A DNA stretch of 64,000 bases from Macrostomum lignano (lineage: Eukaryota), in contig NIVC01001245.1 in assembly GCA_002269645.1 (NCBI GenBank), positions 62,001 to 126,000 of the forward strand. The letters run 5' to 3'. The position numbers were made by a program, and so were the translations under genes. Below the pieces are notes generated by a model. That model was not told where the DNA came from and did no database searches. It saw only the letters and a program-made list of their open reading frames with translations. Shown one piece after another: positions 60,558 to 64,000 of the stretch. Each line of letters opens with the position of its first letter. The first letter of the stretch is position 1.

Positions 60558-62751
60558 TTTCGACTTCTCTCAGGCGCGGAATGCCGCTTCATCTCGTCCA
60601 GCTGCTTTGTCAGGTCTCGAATTTGGTCGCGCAGTCGCAGCTCGGCTCTCGCCTTCTCCTTCATCTTGTCGGCATAGTCGCTAATGGCCTCCTTTTGGTC
60701 GGCTAGCAGGCGGTTTCGCTCAGTCATAAGCTGATATTTGACCTTTTCAGACTCGGCAATCACTTCGTTGACAATTCTATTGCACTCGCTGCAGCGGTCT
60801 GATAGTTCCTTTTCGCTCTGTTTTAACTGGCCAATTTCCTGTTTCAGCTGTTGGATCTCGCGGTCTTTGTCGTGTTCTGGACCTTGTCGACCTTCGATTG
60901 CTTGTGGCTTCTGCTGCTGCTGCTGCTGTTGATGTTGTTCTGCAGGGCTGCGGGTGGAGCATTACCCAACAGAATTAATTCTGTGTCTGAACACTTAGGC
61001 ATTCAAAATGGCTATACAGACTGTAGCTTGTGATTTATCAGTGGGGTTTTTAGCCTAGTGGTTAGAGCGTCGGACTCACGACTTGAAGGTCGGGGGTTCG
61101 ATTCCTGATCCCACTGGAACAATTTGTGTCCTTAAGCAAGACACTTAAATCTGCATTGCTTCAGTTCACCCAGCTGTAAAATGGGTGCCAGCATTAGCTG
61201 GGGTAATTGAGGATGTGTGTGGCGACCCCCCAGTCCTTGGACTGAACAGCCGTTCTCAATCATTAAGGTGTACTCCTGCACCTGACTCTCGCGCCACGAC
61301 CCTTTGATTTGAACTTTGGATTTGTGCGCGAAAACTGGCCGGAATTTTGTGCGATTCAAAACCCCCCAAGGCACAGAGAGTGTACATGCCTGACGATTAG
61401 ACAGTCAGGGCCGTTGTACACCCCGTGTGAGCGTGTACGTCAGTGCGTGCCTGCGTACAGCATTGACGCGCTTATGTGTACTCAGGAGTCAGCAGAATGA
61501 TGTTGCCGAAGGCGTTGCGATAGAGGGATTTAGGAATTAAGCGTATAGATCAGTGGCTTTGCCTTTCTGACCTGTTGTCTGACAAGACACCTCACCTGAC
61601 ACCTCTAACTCCGCCATTTCCGATCGTCATAGAACTTAGCTGCTCTCGCAGGCTCTGGTGCCTCTCGAGCAAAGCCAGATGTTTGACTGCCATTGCATTG
61701 AATTTTCTGAACGGTTTAATATCATGCATGATGAATTTAATTTACTCTAGCAAACTTTAATTATACCCAATTTTTTTCGTTCCCTTACTCTGTGGTCTCG
61801 TTGCTGATGGTAGTTTTCAATTCTTCAAGCGTTCTCTCCAGTTCAGCCTTTTCCTTTTCTGCTTGTTCTCGACTGTAAAGATAGAAGTGAGGAATTTCAT
61901 TTCGTTGCCAAACTCAAATTCAAGGAGATTGATGTTGGGGTTGAAGGGGTGGTTAGAAATGGTTGAGGGTGATGGGGTTACAAGGGTAGAGAATGGTGGG
62001 GTTAGAAGGGGCAGAGAGTGGTGGGGTTGGAAGGGGCAGAGAGTGGTGGGGTTAGAAGGGGTAGAAAGTGGTGGGGTTAGAAGGGGCAGAGAGTGGTGGG
62101 TTAGAAGGGGCAGAGAGCGGTGGGGTTAGAAGGGGCAGAGAGTGATGGGGTTAGAAGGGGCAGAGAGCGGTGGGGTTAGAAGGGGCAGAGAGCGGTGGGG
62201 TTAGAAGGGGCAGAGAGTGATGGGGTTAGAAGGGGCAGAGAGTGGTGGGGTTAGAAGGGGTAGAGAGCGGTGGGGTTAGAAGGGGCAGAGAGCGGTGGGG
62301 TTAGAAGGGGTAGAGAGCGGTGGGGTTAGAAGGGGCAGAGGGTGTAGTGAGGATGAAAGTGGCAGAGTGGTTTAGGGCTAGGACAGACAGTGAGACATTA
62401 ATAGGATAGCAAGGTGCAAAATATGGTGCATAAAGCTACCCAGTATTAGCCTGATCCAGCTGCAGCTCCAGCTCCCGAGCCCTGTCTCGAGCCTGCTGTG
62501 CTGCCTCTCTCTCCTGTTCAATTTCAACCGTCAGCTTGGCGAGTTCCTCCAAAGCTGTGTCTGAAACTCGTTTTCTGCCTTCATCTTGGCGTATCAGCTT
62601 CTTCTGCAACTGATTAAGCTGTTCGAATCGGTCTAAAAAGCTCGCCCTCTCTTTTTCGACCGCAACAGCGTGTCGACGCTGCAGATCGCTTATTTGAGCT
62701 TGGTGCCGGGCTCGCTCAATCTCTCGAGGAACGACAGTCCGTTCGACGTCG
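60558..62751 (-). CDS. Coiled-coil protein C (partial; four resolved exons)
   Basis: Exons 62751-62440 (312), 61872-61789 (84), 61706-61596 (111) and 60947-60558 (390), all stop-free and phase 2 at both ends. Possible last exon 59604-59475 (weak). Confidence 0.8.
61037..61252 (+). mobile_element. SINE family 1, copy 3 (3'-truncated)
   Basis: Same head and core; stops after GGACTGAACAGCCG. Confidence 0.88.
61260..61510 (+). mobile_element. SINE family 2 body fragment
   Basis: AACCCCCCAAGGC...GTGTACATGCCTGACGAT...AGGGCCGTTGTACAC matches the reverse complement of 57220-57360. Confidence 0.65.
61999..62342. repeat. 25-bp G-rich minisatellite, about 14 copies
   Basis: Unit GGGGTTAGAAGGGGCAGAGAG(T/C)GGT. 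Confidence 0.95.
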
Positions 62752-63234
62752 CTAAATTTGCAAGATGTTGATTATCGCATATTATTGATAATTTTTGACC
62801 GGTTTGCCTAGCCGACTTGCACGGCGTGGACAAACCCCGGCGTTTGCGATTGGCTGGGAGGGGGGTACGTGTTTGGCTCCACCTCTGGGGGGTAGATCTG
62901 TGGCGTTGGGGTGGGTGGCAGTGCGCTGTGCCTTTTTAGGCCTTGCCTTGAACTGAGAACGCTGTTCTCACGGCGTTGAATTGTTTTTGTTTGTAATAAA
63001 AAAATATATAAATTGAAGGCTCGGGCCTCGATTGCGCCACCTGTGTTATTACTCGTACCAAGCGCTTTTCGTTGCTGTCTCCCTTCCTGTCATACAGCTA
63101 AAGCTGGAGTTTACAACAAGGATAAGCTTCCAAGGTATTTGGCCTTAAAAGAGCTTACAGGAAGCTTACTGCCAGCGATCCGCCTATGTTCGAAAAAGTT
63201 ATAAAGAAGCTTTACAAGCTTAGTAAAACATGCT

Positions 63235-64000
63235 TAGCAAACGTCAATAAATGGGTGTAGCAGACGTCAAATGGGTAGCAAACGTCAATAAATAGGTGTA
63301 GCAGACGTCAAATGGGTAGCAAACGTCAAATGGGTGTATCAAACGTCAAATGGGTAGCAAACGTCAAATGGGTGTATCAAACGTCAAATGGGTAGCAAAC
63401 GTCAAATGGGTAGCAAACGTCAAATGGGTAGCAAACGTCAATAAATAGGTGTAGCAGACGTCAAATGGGTAGCAAACGTCAAATGGGTGTATCAAACGTC
63501 AAATGGGTAGCAAACGTCAAATGGGTGTATCAAACGTCAAATGGGTAGCAAACGTCAAATGGGTGTATCAAACGTCAAATGGGTAGCAAACGTCAAATGG
63601 GTGTATCAAACGTCAAATGGGTAGCAAACGTCAAATGGGTGTATCAAACGTCAAATGGGTAGCAAACGTCAAATGGGTGTATCAAACTTCAAATGGGTAG
63701 CAAACGTCAAATGGGTGTATCAAACGTCAAATGGGTAGCAAACGTCAAATGGGTGTATCAAACGTCAAATGGGTAGCAAACGTCAAATGGGTGTATCAAA
63801 CGTCAAATGGGTAGCAAACGTCAAATGGGTGTATCAAACGTCAAATGGGTAGCAAACGTCAAATGGGTGTATCAAACGTCAAATGGGTAGCAAACGTCAA
63901 ATGGGTGTATCAAACGTCAAATGGGTAGCAAACGTCAAATGGGTAGCAAACGTCAAATGGGTGTATCAAACGTCAAATGGGTAGCAAACGTCAAATGGGT
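63235..64000. repeat. Satellite of 18- and 20-bp monomers, mostly as a 38-bp dimer; runs off the window
   Basis: CAAACGTCAAATGGGTAG alternating with CAAACGTCAAATGGGTGTAT. Confidence 0.97.

Overview
Repeat-rich eukaryotic (invertebrate animal) genomic DNA. Short GT-AG introns, intronless receptor genes and SINE style suggest a flatworm such as Macrostomum, which is inference only. The main theme is a cluster of long coiled-coil genes: four tandem paralogues on the minus strand (A1-A4, 2.7-23.1 kb; A3 and A4 end in a hydrophobic tail anchor), three related genes on the plus strand (B1-B3, 28.2-38.2 kb) and a further one on the minus strand (C, 59.5-62.8 kb). Except in B2, every intron I could resolve in these genes is phase 2, and B3 is built from five copies of one in-frame-skippable exon module. 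Other genes: a secreted PAN/Apple + C-type lectin protein, an orphan ORF, a MARCH-type RING-CH E3 ligase and a divergent intronless Cys-loop receptor subunit. The most striking mobile element is an intact single-ORF APE-RT (RTE-like) LINE (41912-45538). It sits in sense orientation inside the intron of a DUF4806-like gene, and its 5' end is 26 identical 17-mers that each read as a 3' splice acceptor. Also present: Gypsy, mariner, Tc1-like and THAP remnants, two tRNA-derived SINE families, several MITE/foldback elements and many micro/minisatellites. No CRISPR array, rRNA or genuine tRNA gene is supported. All alignments and translations were done by eye; no searches were run.
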